DNA of 57,620 bases from Candidatus Caldarchaeales archaeon (GCA_039630085.1 JBCNVM010000009.1:1-57620), one strand, 5' to 3'; counted from the first letter of the stretch, positions 9,071 to 18,964 are shown. A program made the numbers and translations. Notes: a model not told the origin generated them from the sequence alone.

Positions 9071-9541
9071 ATGGGCTGCGAAGTCCACGACTACCTCTAC
9101 GTCGGAGCCTGCAACGTCCTCGTCGGCGAGGAGCTCCTGAAGGTCCTTGAGGCGTGGAGGTGCAGGGCCTGCGGCGCCGTGCTCGCCGGAGAGAGGCCGA
9201 TGGGGCCGATTTCGTCGACGGAGGGGATCCTCGGCTCGATAGCCGCGGACTCGGGCGAGCGGTGGCTGGTCGTCGTGAAGCAGGGCAGGGGCTCGCTTCC
9301 GCCGGACGCCGTCGCGGTCAGGGCCTCACCCGGGTCGAGGATAACGGTCGACGCGGCTGACCCTGACGACTCAACGCTCCTCGTCGGCGAGGACTGGTCG
9401 GTCGTGAGGCAGGCCGATGGATCCCCGCCGCGGACCCTGAGGGCCTACGACCTGCTCTCGGTGCTGAAGGGCTACATCGACCTCTCAGTCTGGCCGCCGA
9501 AGGTCTTCACGCTCCAGAGGGGAGGCCCGAGGCAGCTCTAG
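9071..9541 (+). CDS. hypothetical protein (CxxH...CxxC, possible Zn-binding)
   Basis: ATG 9071 two nt after MBL stop; coding-like 3' part of ORF 8429..9541. Confidence 0.65.
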   Translation: MGCEVHDYLYVGACNVLVGEELLKVLEAWRCRACGAVLAGERPMGPISSTEGILGSIAADSGERWLVVVKQGRGSLPPDAVAVRASPGSRITVDAADPDDSTLLVGEDWSVVRQADGSPPRTLRAYDLLSVLKGYIDLSVWPPKVFTLQRGGPRQL

Positions 9542-10458
9542 CGCGTCACCTCGATCGACTGGAGGTCCCAAGGGAGGAGGACGTTCGGGAAGACCGACCT
9601 CGCCTCCTCCAGCAGCAGGTTCCACCTCCCCCTATACCTCGAGCTGAGGTGGTAGAGGACCAGCAGCTTCACCCCTGCCCTCGAGGCGATCGTCGCCGCG
9701 TCTGCCGCCGTCGAGTGGAGGTCCTCCTCGGCCTTCGACCTGAGGCTGCTGTCGTAGGTGCTCTCGTGGACCAGGACGTCGGCTCCCCTCGCGAACTCAA
9801 CCATACCCTCGAAAGGCGCCGAGTCACCGGAGTAGACCACGACCCTCCCCCTCCTCGGCGGACCGACGGCCTCCTCGGGCCTGATCGTCCTACCTCCGTA
9901 AACGACCGACTTCCCCCTCTGGAGCTCGCCCCAGAGCGGACCCTTAGGAAGCCCGATTGACTCGAGGAGCTCGACGTTCATCCTCCCGGGCCTGTCACGT
10001 TCCCTCAGCCTGTAGGAGAGCGAGGGGACGGTGTGCCTTGACCAGATCGCCTCGACGACGAAGTCCCTCGCGCTCATCACCTCGCCCTCGCCCACCTCCC
10101 TCACGACCACGTCGAAGCCCGGGTTCAGCCTCGCGCCCCTCAGGAGCAGCTCCAGGGATTCCCCGGTCCCTTCGGGGCCGTGGACGAAGAGAGGCGCCTC
10201 CCTCCTCAGGAGGTCCATCGTCGCGATCAGGCCCGCGACGCCGAGGTAGTGGTCCGCGTGGAGGTGGGTGATGAAGACGTGGGTGCTCTCGGGGAACCCG
10301 AGCCCCGCGTTCAGGAGCTGCCTCTGCGTCCCCTCGCCGCAGTCGAAGATCAGGAGGCTCCCCGCGAACCTCACCGCCAGCGAGGGCAGCGCCCTCTCGG
10401 GGGTCGGCATGCCTCCCCCGGTCCCGACGAAGGTCAGCCTCATCATCAAGCCCCTCAC
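9538..10458 (-). CDS. rnz: ribonuclease Z
   Basis: GTGGGMPT, FDCGEGTQRQ, THLHADH, GP-rich exosite, SGDS, HEST, HST, HLSSRY. Confidence 0.95.
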   Translation of the reverse strand: MRGLMMRLTFVGTGGGMPTPERALPSLAVRFAGSLLIFDCGEGTQRQLLNAGLGFPESTHVFITHLHADHYLGVAGLIATMDLLRREAPLFVHGPEGTGESLELLLRGARLNPGFDVVVREVGEGEVMSARDFVVEAIWSRHTVPSLSYRLRERDRPGRMNVELLESIGLPKGPLWGELQRGKSVVYGGRTIRPEEAVGPPRRGRVVVYSGDSAPFEGMVEFARGADVLVHESTYDSSLRSKAEEDLHSTAADAATIASRAGVKLLVLYHLSSRYRGRWNLLLEEARSVFPNVLLPWDLQSIEVTR

Positions 10459-10525
10459 ACCTTCCCTGAGGCCTATTTGAGAGTCCGGGTCACACGTTTA
10501 TCTGATCGGCTCCAGTTTTGTTAAC

Positions 10526-11746
10526 GTGGACTTCTCGGAGTCCCCCGACCACAGGGTCTTCAGGGAGTCCGTGAGGGAGTTCTGCAGACGGCACGTCGAG
10601 CCGGTCTGGATCGAGATCGACGAGAGCGGCGTCATAGACCCGGAGCTAGTCCGCAGGATGGCCGAGAACGGGATCTACGCCCTCACCCTCTCGGAGGAGT
10701 ACTCGGGACAGGGAGGGACGTTCACTGAGGCCGCGATCGCGGGCGAGGAGCTCGCGTACCACGCGCCGGCCCTGTCGCTCGCGGTCCTCTTCATCATCCA
10801 GTCCTCCTGGCCCTACGTATTCCAGCTCTACGGGTCTGACGAGGGGAGGTCAGAGGTGCTGCCCGAGGTCGCGAGGGGCAGGGCGGCGATAGGGATCGCG
10901 AGCACCGAGGCGCACGGCGGCAGCGACGTCTCCGACGTGAGGCTCCAGGCGGTGAGGGACGGCGACGAGTGGATCGTGACGGGCGAGAAGAGCATGGTCT
11001 CGCTACCGGGGATCATCGAGTCCCTGCCATGGGGAGGAGGGTGGTTCACGATCGCCAGGACCGGCGATCCGAGGGCGAAGCACAATACGATCACCGACTT
11101 CCTGGTGCTGATGAAGAGGAAGGGAGTCAGGGACGGCAGCATCAGCTACAGGCCCTGGACCGAGATAGGGAGGAAGGGGCTCGACACTTCGGTCGTCACG
11201 TTCAACGGGACCCGCGTCCCCGACGCCTTCAGGATCGGCGAGGTCAACGGCGGGTTCAGGATCGCGATGGAGGGCTTCAACCTCGCTAGGTCCATGATAG
11301 GCGCGATAACGATCGGGTCGGCCAGGTGGATGCTCGACAACGGGAGGGAGTGGATCAAGCAGAGGGTGGTCTTCGGCAAGCCGATCGCCAGCTATCAAGC
11401 CATCAGCTTCAGGTTCGCGGATCTCGCGAAGGAGCTCGAGGCCGCTAGGCTCCTCTGCTACAAGGCCGCCTGGGTCGCCGACAAGTACTACCTCGAGAGG
11501 GACGGGAGCGTCGACCTCGGCGACGTGGCGCTCTACGGCGCGATGTCGAAGCTGAAGTGCGCGGCGCTGGCCGTCGAGATAGGCCAGGAGGTGATGAAGT
11601 GGTTCGGCGGAGCGGCCTACTACAAGGAGACGCCGATCGTCAGGGCCTGGCTCGGAGCCCTCAGCTACGTCCTAGGGGCCGAGGGGACCGAGAACATGAT
11701 GCGGCTGATCATCGCGAGGAGGCTCATCGGCCGCGAGTACGTCTGA
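10526..11746 (+). CDS. acyl-CoA dehydrogenase
   Basis: STEAHGGSD, GEK, RVVFGKPIASYQAI, FGGAAY, AEGTE catalytic Glu region. Confidence 0.93.
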   Translation: MDFSESPDHRVFRESVREFCRRHVEPVWIEIDESGVIDPELVRRMAENGIYALTLSEEYSGQGGTFTEAAIAGEELAYHAPALSLAVLFIIQSSWPYVFQLYGSDEGRSEVLPEVARGRAAIGIASTEAHGGSDVSDVRLQAVRDGDEWIVTGEKSMVSLPGIIESLPWGGGWFTIARTGDPRAKHNTITDFLVLMKRKGVRDGSISYRPWTEIGRKGLDTSVVTFNGTRVPDAFRIGEVNGGFRIAMEGFNLARSMIGAITIGSARWMLDNGREWIKQRVVFGKPIASYQAISFRFADLAKELEAARLLCYKAAWVADKYYLERDGSVDLGDVALYGAMSKLKCAALAVEIGQEVMKWFGGAAYYKETPIVRAWLGALSYVLGAEGTENMMRLIIARRLIGREYV

Positions 11747-11782
11747 CTCGGGTTTATTAGAGCCGGCCGGGAGTGGACGGGC

Positions 11783-11992
11783 ATGGCCCGAGGCGGCATT
11801 AGGCCGCTCTACAGGCTCTACGAGGTCACCGAGGACGGCAAGCTGGTCAGGAAGACGGTCTACTGCCCGGTCTGCGGGACCGGATATCTGATGGCCGACC
11901 ACGGCGACCGGTACTACTGCGGCAGGTGCCACCACACGATATTCAAGCAGAAGGAGACGCCTCGCGCACCGGCAAAGCCCCGGAGAAGATGA
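11783..11992 (+). CDS. rps27ae: 30S ribosomal protein S27ae (eS31)
   Basis: [17 protein letters not shown] Zn ribbon; TTTATTA ~30 nt upstream. Confidence 0.93.
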   Translation: MARGGIRPLYRLYEVTEDGKLVRKTVYCPVCGTGYLMADHGDRYYCGRCHHTIFKQKETPRAPAKPRRR

Positions 11993-12515
11993 GCTTCGCG
12001 AACCTCTTCCTCTCCTCGTTCACCTCGACCACCACGAGGCCCTCTGAGGGCTGGCCGTATAGGACTAGGGATCCGGCTGGAGCGAGGTAGACCGCGACGA
12101 GCGCCAAGAGGTCCTCCTCTCCCTCCACCAGCACCCTCACCCTCCCGGCCGCGCGGATCGCCGCCTCGAGCGCCTCGAAGCTCTCCCTCGTGACCGAGCC
12201 CGCAGGGTTAGCGCACCGGATCTCCTGGTCGACTTGGAGCTCAACCCTCTCCGTCCGGGACCTCCTGCTCCTGTCGTCGGTCACGTAGACGACCCTCCTC
12301 GGCCCGAGCGCGCCCACCTCCGCGGAGACCACGTCGCCCACCGCCACCACGAGCGCCGGCTCAGCCCCGAGCAGCCCGCTGAGCGCCTCCCTAGTCTCCT
12401 CGGGCGATCCCGGGATCAGCTCGCCGATCGGCCTCCTCAGGAGCTCCCTCTGGGCCTCGGTCAGGACCAGCGCCCGCGCGCCGCCCGGGAAGAGCTCACT
12501 CCACCCTGACCGCAT
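11943..12515 (-). CDS. GTP-dependent dephospho-CoA kinase (DUF359)
   Basis: [28 protein letters not shown] motifs; usual position after spt4. Confidence 0.88.
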   Translation of the reverse strand: MRSGWSELFPGGARALVLTEAQRELLRRPIGELIPGSPEETREALSGLLGAEPALVVAVGDVVSAEVGALGPRRVVYVTDDRSRRSRTERVELQVDQEIRCANPAGSVTRESFEALEAAIRAAGRVRVLVEGEEDLLALVAVYLAPAGSLVLYGQPSEGLVVVEVNEERKRFAKLIFSGALPVREASPSA

Positions 12516-12690
12516 ACTTGCCAGGCTTCGTGATTCCCAGCGCCCTCGCGATCTCGGAATCCTCTGGGACCAGCATCACGACCAGTCCTGAGTAGGACGC
12601 GGAGAGGTCTGTGGAGCCGCAGTTCCAGCACCTCTCCTCCGAGGTGATCGCCTTGCAGACCCTGCAGGCCCTCTCCCTCGGCAAGCCCAT
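12496..12690 (-). CDS. spt4: transcription elongation factor Spt4 (RpoE2)
   Basis: [30 protein letters not shown]. Confidence 0.95.
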   Translation of the reverse strand: MGLPRERACRVCKAITSEERCWNCGSTDLSASYSGLVVMLVPEDSEIARALGITKPGKYAVRVE

Positions 12691-13242
12691 CTACCTCTTG
12701 GCCGCTGGCTTCGGCGCGACCTGCTGCGCGATCCACTCGAGGTTCCCGAGGTAGGGTTGGCGGGTCGTGAGTCCGACCTTCCCGCTGCTCACTGAGACCG
12801 CGACGACCCTCGCCCTCACTTTATCCCCGACCCCGAGCTTGAGGCCGGTCTTGTTGCCCACCAGCATCATGTTCCTCTTGTCGAGGGAGACGTAGTCGTC
12901 CATGATCTGCGAGAGGTGAAGCAGCGCGTCGATGGTCACGACCCTCACGAAGGCCCCGAACTCCGTAACGTCCACGACCTCGCCCTCGACGACCTCCTGC
13001 AGCATCGGCATGTAGGTCAGCAGCGTGCACTTGACTTTGTGGTAGGACGCAGGGTCCCTGGGCAGGAGGAACCCGACCTCGTCGACCTCCACGTCGGTGA
13101 CCGTGATCACGTACCCGAGCTCCTCGTCCACGACGCCCTCGTACATCGAGACCAACTTCTCCATGGCGATCTCTCTGAGCGGGCCGCCGAACTCCCTCGG
13201 CTCTATGCCTATGACGTCCTCGATCGTGACGAGATAAAACAT
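12691..13242 (-). CDS. rpo7: DNA-directed RNA polymerase subunit E' (Rpo7)
   Basis: EVVEGEVVDVTEFGAFV S1 domain, LLHLSQIMDD, GLTTRQPYLG..EW. Confidence 0.95.
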   Translation of the reverse strand: MFYLVTIEDVIGIEPREFGGPLREIAMEKLVSMYEGVVDEELGYVITVTDVEVDEVGFLLPRDPASYHKVKCTLLTYMPMLQEVVEGEVVDVTEFGAFVRVVTIDALLHLSQIMDDYVSLDKRNMMLVGNKTGLKLGVGDKVRARVVAVSVSSGKVGLTTRQPYLGNLEWIAQQVAPKPAAKR

Positions 13243-13455
13243 GCTCTCGCGCTGGATGAAAATATGCGTATTACCTGTTTAAAAACGTGATGCGACATGG
13301 TTTCCGGTGATGGCCAAAGAGTGGAACCAAGGGGCGGCCCGTTCAAATCCGAGGCGCGAGGGAGTGGATCACGCTTTTATGACGGGGTGGATGACAAGAG
13401 TGGGCCGGTGGAGCCGATTGAATTATCAGCAGCCGAAGAACGTCGGTGGTTTTGG

Positions 13456-16119
13456 ATGACCAGTGCGAAACCGTATCCAGTCAAGAGGATCGTGAAGCGT
13501 GACGGCCGCGTAGTCGACTTCGACCCGGAGAGGATAAGGAACGCGATAAGGAAGGCGATGATCGCGACCAACAGGCTCGACGAGGAGCTCCTCAACAGGG
13601 TGACGGAAAACGTCCTGAAGCTCGTCGCGGAGAAGTTCGGCGAGACGAGGCTCCCGCACGTCGAGGACGTCCAAGACCTCGTTGAGCTCTCGCTAGTCAA
13701 GTTCGACCTCTACGAGGTCGCGAAGGCGTACATCCTGTACAGGAAGGAGAGGGAGCGGATAAGGAAGGAGAAGATGCGGATCCTGGAGAGGGATTACCTC
13801 GACGAGGTCGACAAGTCCTTCTCGGTCAACTCGCTGAGGCTGATGGCGGCGAGGTACCTGCTGAGGGACCCGGAGACGGGGAAGCTGGCCGAGGGCCCGA
13901 AGCAGATGTTCCAGAGGGTCGCCGCGCTGATAGTGATCCCCGACGTCCTCTACGACCCGAGGGTCTTCGACGTCAGCAGGTCGCAGAAGGTGAACCCGGC
14001 AGAGGACTTCGACCCCGAGCTCTGGGCGGGGAAGCTCGGGCTCAGGGGCCCCGACGGTCAGCTGCTCTTCACCTGGAACAGGTGGCACTTGGAGAGGATG
14101 AAGGCCCTCTACGACAGGCTGAACTCTGAGGGCGCGATGCGGGTGAGGTTCTCGGAGGTGGTGGAGATGATCCAGAGGGGAGAGTTCGACGACCACGCCA
14201 AAGACTACCTCGCCTACTACTCCATGATGGCCGAGAAGAGGTTCATGCCCAACAGCCCCACTCTCTTCAACGCCGGCGCCAGGCTCGGACAGCTCTCCGC
14301 GTGCTTCGTCCTCCCGATAGAGGACAACATGGAGTCGATCATGAGGTCGGCGTACGAGGCCGCGATGATCTTCAAGAGCGGCGGTGGAATCGGGATCAAC
14401 TACTCCAAGCTCAGGCCCGAGGGCGACATCGTAGCCTCCACTTCAGGTGTGGCCTCGGGTCCGGTCACGTTCATGCGGATAATCGACACCGTGACCGACG
14501 TCGTGAAGCAGGGCGGGAAGAGGAGGGGAGCCAACATGGGCATCCTCGAGTCCTGGCACCCGGACATCGAGAAGTTCATCAGGGCGAAGGAGAGGCCCGG
14601 TTTCCTCGAGAACTTCAACATCAGCGTGATGATCGAGCCCAAGTTCTGGGAGCATTACGACAAGAACGAGCCCTACCCGCTCGTGAACCCGAGGGACGGG
14701 AAGGTCTGGTCCACGGTGAACCCGCGTCAGCTCTTCAACATTATCGCCGAATCCGCGTGGAAGACCGCGGACCCGGGCGTCCTGTTCCTCGACAACATCA
14801 ACAGGAGGAACGTACTCAGAGAGGCCCTCGGGGAGATAAGGGCGACCAACCCGTGCGCAGAGGAGCCGCTCTACGATCACGAGGTCTGCAACCTCGGCTC
14901 GGTAAACCTGTACGCCTTCGTCAGGAGGGTCGACGGGAAGGCGGTCGTGGACTGGGAGGGCCTCGCGGAGACGGTGAGGACCGCGTGCAGGTTCCTCGAC
15001 AACGTGATCGACGTGAACAGCTACCCGCTCAGCGAGATCGACGAGATGGCCCACAAGACGAGGAGAGTCGGGCTGGGTTTCATGGGCCTCGCCGACATGC
15101 TGTTCGCCCTAAGGACGCCCTATCACAGCGAGGAGGGGTTCGCTCTGATGCAGAGGGTTGCGGAGTTCATCGCGTGGCACGCCTACTTCGAGAGCGCGAG
15201 GAGGGCGAGGGAGAGGGGACCGTTCCCGCTCTATTGGCAGAGCGGATACCCGAAGGGCGAGCTGCCCCTAGAGGGATACTACCGCAGGGAGCTCTGGACG
15301 ATGGACTGGGACTCGCTGGTCAAGTTCATCAGGGCAAACGGGATGAGGAACAGCTTCGTGCTCTCCGTCGCACCCACTGGCAGCATCTCGATGCTCGTCG
15401 ACACGAGCTCGGGCATAGAGCCGGTCTTCGCCCTAGTCTACGAGAAGAGGGTCACGGTGGGAACGTTCTACTACATCGACCCCGAGTTCGAGAGATACCT
15501 CGAGGAGACGGGTATGAAGAGGGACGACGTCCTCAAAGCGGTCTCGGACAACGGCGGATCGATCCAAGGACTCGAGGAGCTCTTCGACGAGGAGGCCAGG
15601 AGAGTCTTCGTCGTGGCCTACGACATCCCCTGGTGGGACCACGTGAGGGCCCAGTACCACGTCGGGCTGTGGGTGGACGCCGCGGTCAGTAAGACCATCA
15701 ACATGCCGAGCTGGGTGACCACGGAGGACGTCAAGAACGCCTACCTCTTCGCTTACAAGCTCGGCCTGAAGGGCATCACGATCTACAGGGACCAGTCGAA
15801 GAGCTCGCAGGTCTTGGTGACCCCCAGCCAGAGGACGAAGCAATACGTGACGCCCGTGAGGAACAGCACGCTGGAGATGATGAGGGCCCTAGGCATCGAT
15901 GTGACCGTCGAGAGAACCCCCGCCAGCGAGGAGGCCGCTCCCAAGCTCTTCCTCAAGGTCGCAGTTGGAGCGGAGGCGGAGACCGAGGTCGAGGAGGAGT
16001 CGGAGGCCGAAGGGCTGCACGCGGAGAGGTGCCCGGGTTGCGGGGGAAGGAGAATAGCCCATCAGGAGGGATGCGCGACCTGCCTCGACTGCGGATGGTC
16101 CGCCTGCCTTATGGCCTGA
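13456..16119 (+). CDS. nrdJ: adenosylcobalamin-dependent ribonucleotide reductase (class II) with ATP cone
   Basis: ATP cone VKRDG..FD, PNSPTLFNAG, LSACFV, QGGKRRGA, TNPCAE, APTGSIS, SKTIN, C-terminal Cys cluster; no intein; start moved to ATG 13456. Confidence 0.93.
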   Translation: MTSAKPYPVKRIVKRDGRVVDFDPERIRNAIRKAMIATNRLDEELLNRVTENVLKLVAEKFGETRLPHVEDVQDLVELSLVKFDLYEVAKAYILYRKERERIRKEKMRILERDYLDEVDKSFSVNSLRLMAARYLLRDPETGKLAEGPKQMFQRVAALIVIPDVLYDPRVFDVSRSQKVNPAEDFDPELWAGKLGLRGPDGQLLFTWNRWHLERMKALYDRLNSEGAMRVRFSEVVEMIQRGEFDDHAKDYLAYYSMMAEKRFMPNSPTLFNAGARLGQLSACFVLPIEDNMESIMRSAYEAAMIFKSGGGIGINYSKLRPEGDIVASTSGVASGPVTFMRIIDTVTDVVKQGGKRRGANMGILESWHPDIEKFIRAKERPGFLENFNISVMIEPKFWEHYDKNEPYPLVNPRDGKVWSTVNPRQLFNIIAESAWKTADPGVLFLDNINRRNVLREALGEIRATNPCAEEPLYDHEVCNLGSVNLYAFVRRVDGKAVVDWEGLAETVRTACRFLDNVIDVNSYPLSEIDEMAHKTRRVGLGFMGLADMLFALRTPYHSEEGFALMQRVAEFIAWHAYFESARRARERGPFPLYWQSGYPKGELPLEGYYRRELWTMDWDSLVKFIRANGMRNSFVLSVAPTGSISMLVDTSSGIEPVFALVYEKRVTVGTFYYIDPEFERYLEETGMKRDDVLKAVSDNGGSIQGLEELFDEEARRVFVVAYDIPWWDHVRAQYHVGLWVDAAVSKTINMPSWVTTEDVKNAYLFAYKLGLKGITIYRDQSKSSQVLVTPSQRTKQYVTPVRNSTLEMMRALGIDVTVERTPASEEAAPKLFLKVAVGAEAETEVEEESEAEGLHAERCPGCGGRRIAHQEGCATCLDCGWSACLMA

Positions 16120-16123
16120 ACCC

Positions 16124-16987
16124 TCAGAAGGTTAGCTCCAGCTGCCTCTCCAGCCGCTGCCTCTGGGTCATGTAGTCGTCGTGCTTGAGCTCCCCCACCT
16201 TGTACCTCAGCTCGAGCTTCACCATCTCGGCCTTTATCCTCTCGTACTGCTTGACCAGCTCGCCGATCGCGTCCAGCAGGACCTTCAGGTTGTTCACGAT
16301 CCTCTGGACCCACTCCTCGGGCATGTTCAGGTCCTTCGCCTGCCTCTTCACCCTCTCGATCCTCTCCAGTATCTCGGACCTGAACTTCGGTATCTCGCCG
16401 ATCTTGATCTCGATCGGGTTCTGAAGGATCGTCAGCTTCGGCCTCAGCTTCGAGATCTCCCGGTCTATCTCGATTTTCTGCCTGATGTACTCCCTGTCGG
16501 TGATCTCGCTGACCTCGTGCCGGAGCTTCAGGTTGTCCAGCCTCTGGGTGAGCTCCTTTATCCTCTCCTCGAACCTGCTGATCATCTCGAGCCTCTTCTG
16601 GTTCAGCACCGCCAACCTGGACTCATAGTCCGTGTAGATCTCGGAGAACGCGTCGAACGCGGCCTCGCCGTCTAGGTACAGGTCGATTAGCCTCAGCTGC
16701 CAATTGTAGAACTTCGAGAGCTGCTCGACGAGCCTCCTCTCCTCTGCGAGCTCCTCGGGCTGGACCTCCTTAGGAGCCTCGGGCGGGGCCTGCTGCTCTG
16801 CGGGGGGCGCTACCTGCTCGACAGGGGTGGGAGTCGGGGGAGAGGGCTGTGGGGGCGTCGGCCTCGGTTGAGCGGGCTGCTGGGGCGCCGGCGCCTCGAG
16901 CTCCTTGCCGCAGTTCATGCAGAACCTACCCTTGATCGTCAGCTTGCCGCAGTGCGGGCAGACGACCCTACCCAGTACCGCCATCAC
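16124..16987 (-). CDS. double-Zn-ribbon / Pro-rich / coiled-coil protein, CdvA-like helical region
   Basis: CPHCG..FCMNCG, PQ-rich linker, helical region with LYLDGE, LKLRHEVSEI and LELRYKVGEL repeats. Confidence 0.7.
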   Translation of the reverse strand: MMAVLGRVVCPHCGKLTIKGRFCMNCGKELEAPAPQQPAQPRPTPPQPSPPTPTPVEQVAPPAEQQAPPEAPKEVQPEELAEERRLVEQLSKFYNWQLRLIDLYLDGEAAFDAFSEIYTDYESRLAVLNQKRLEMISRFEERIKELTQRLDNLKLRHEVSEITDREYIRQKIEIDREISKLRPKLTILQNPIEIKIGEIPKFRSEILERIERVKRQAKDLNMPEEWVQRIVNNLKVLLDAIGELVKQYERIKAEMVKLELRYKVGELKHDDYMTQRQRLERQLELTF

Positions 16988-17077
16988 CCACCACGCTTCT
17001 ACCCCGTTCTCAGCTCATATGATATAAATGTTGGAGCTCGGGCGCTTTACGTGATTCGGTGAGACCTCGCCGGCTGA

Positions 17078-18499
17078 TTACCTCGGGAATCCCTCAGAGA
17101 TCGAGGAGCGGCCGTCGGCGAGCTCTTCGGCCAGCGCCCTCATTCCCTTTTCGACCTTCTCGAGGGAGTCGCCGACGCTGAGCCTGACGAAGCTCGGGTA
17201 GTTCCCGAAGACCGAGCCGGGCGCGATCGCGACCCCCCTCCGCTCCAGGAGCCTGAGGGCGAACCCCACCGAGTCCTCCACCGGGAGTTCGGGGAAGACG
17301 TACATCCCTCCGCCCGGCCTCACGTAGCGGGCGCCGACCCGGTCGAGGTGCGAGCAGATGACCTCGATCCCCCTCCTCATGTGCTCCCTGTACTTCCTCG
17401 GCGTCTCCTTGTCTGAGAGGGCCTTCAAGGCCGCCATCTGGACGAACTCCGGGACGCAGGTCAGGAGCGACCCCTGAATCCGGGCCGCCCTCTCGGCGAT
17501 GTCCCTCGGCGCGACGACGTACCCGATCCTGTAGCCGGTCATCCCCCAGCTCTTGGAGAAGGACATCAGCATCGCGACCATTTCGGAGCCTGAGGTCAAT
17601 GCGGTTACGTGCTCGCCGAAGGAGTAGTCCATGTAGACCTCGTCGCTGAGGAGGTAGGCACCCCTCCTCTCCGCGAGCTCCACCAGCTCCCCCATCAGGC
17701 CCTCGTCTATCATGGAACCGGTCGGGTTGTTGGGGTAATTGATCACGATGAGCCTCGTCGAGTCGCTGACCAGTCCCTCCATCTCCGACGGATCTGGGGT
17801 CCAGGAGCCCTCCAGCGAAGTCCTGTGGACGACGGGCCTGCACCCGATGGACTCCGCGGTCTGCTTGTAGTGAGGCCACGACGGATCTATCACGAGGACC
17901 TCGTCACCGGCCGAGAGGACCGACGCCATGACGAGGTAGACGCCGAACCTGCCGCCCTGCGTGACAACGACGTTCTCGGGCCTCAGGTCGACCCCGAACC
18001 TCTCCCTCAGGTCCTCCGCGATCGCGGACCTCAGCTCCTGCAGGCCAGCGGCCTCGCCGTAGAAGGCGTAGCCCCTCAGGGCCGCGTCGCTCAGCTCCCT
18101 CGCGACCTCCGGCGGTGCGCCCAGGGTCGGCTCCCCGACCTCCATGTGGACGACCTCCATTCCGTTCCGCTCCATTCTCTTCGCGGCCCTCATCAGGTCC
18201 ATGTGGGTCAACCTGTTCGGGTTTGAGGGGAATGACTGCGCTTTGACCGAGCTCCTGAGCACCAGCGTCAGGACCCTCCTGACGAGGTCCTGGTCGACCC
18301 CCAGCTCCGCTGCCCTCCTCAGCGCGGCCGCCCTCAGTTCCCTCTCGACATCCGGGACGAACTCCGGGACGCCCAGCTCCGACTTCAGCCGCGATATCTC
18401 GGTCACGACCCTCTCCCTCTCCGCGAGGACCTCGACGAGTTTCAGGGTCAGATCCCTAGCCTTCTCCCTCTGCCTCAGGAGGTCCTCCTGGGACCCCAA
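17078..18499 (-). CDS. chorismate mutase - class I/II aminotransferase fusion
   Basis: N-terminal AroQ-like helices (LAERERVVTEISRLK..VPDVE); PLP enzyme motifs NYPNNPTG, DEVY, SFSKSWGMTGYRIG. Confidence 0.88.
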   Translation of the reverse strand: MGSQEDLLRQREKARDLTLKLVEVLAERERVVTEISRLKSELGVPEFVPDVERELRAAALRRAAELGVDQDLVRRVLTLVLRSSVKAQSFPSNPNRLTHMDLMRAAKRMERNGMEVVHMEVGEPTLGAPPEVARELSDAALRGYAFYGEAAGLQELRSAIAEDLRERFGVDLRPENVVVTQGGRFGVYLVMASVLSAGDEVLVIDPSWPHYKQTAESIGCRPVVHRTSLEGSWTPDPSEMEGLVSDSTRLIVINYPNNPTGSMIDEGLMGELVELAERRGAYLLSDEVYMDYSFGEHVTALTSGSEMVAMLMSFSKSWGMTGYRIGYVVAPRDIAERAARIQGSLLTCVPEFVQMAALKALSDKETPRKYREHMRRGIEVICSHLDRVGARYVRPGGGMYVFPELPVEDSVGFALRLLERRGVAIAPGSVFGNYPSFVRLSVGDSLEKVEKGMRALAEELADGRSSISEGFPR

Positions 18500-18550
18500 G
18501 ACTGCTCGAGGGTTAGCACCACTGGCACGACTAAAACGTTGACCGGACGG

Positions 18551-18964
18551 TCAGGCGGAGATGACCGCCAGCGAGGGGAACCTCCTGAAGAACTCGGCGA
18601 CCAGGGGCTTGTAGGTGTAGGCGTACCCATCGGGCGTCTCGGGGACGAACTCGAGCCCCATCAGCGCCCTGTAAACCGCCGCCTCGGACCTGCTCCTCAA
18701 CAGCACGACGCCCCTGCCGTACTCGTCGCCTGACGAGAACGTTATCGGGAAGACCGGAGCCCTCCTCAGCTCGCCTGTTATGACCCTGTCAGCCTCGAGG
18801 AGGTCCTCCCTCCTGAACCTGTGAAGCCCCCCGCCGAGCGTCTCGACGTGAGGGTCAGGGGAGTTGACCAGCTCCTCGAGCGAGGCCTTTCGCGCAGGGA
18901 GTAGGTCCCTCAACCTCCTCGCATGAGTCTCGATGAAGACCTCGTCGAACGGTCCTGACGACAC
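18551..18964 (-). CDS. DUF61/UPF0216 family protein
   Basis: LPARKASLEELV, GGLHRF, C-terminal YKPLVAEFFRRFPS pattern. Confidence 0.65.
   Translation of the reverse strand: MSSGPFDEVFIETHARRLRDLLPARKASLEELVNSPDPHVETLGGGLHRFRREDLLEADRVITGELRRAPVFPITFSSGDEYGRGVVLLRSRSEAAVYRALMGLEFVPETPDGYAYTYKPLVAEFFRRFPSLAVISA

Noticed and set aside
13331-13356. GTTCAAATCC T-loop-like motif upstream of nrdJ
   Set aside because: Flanks do not form a T-stem and no cloverleaf can be built.
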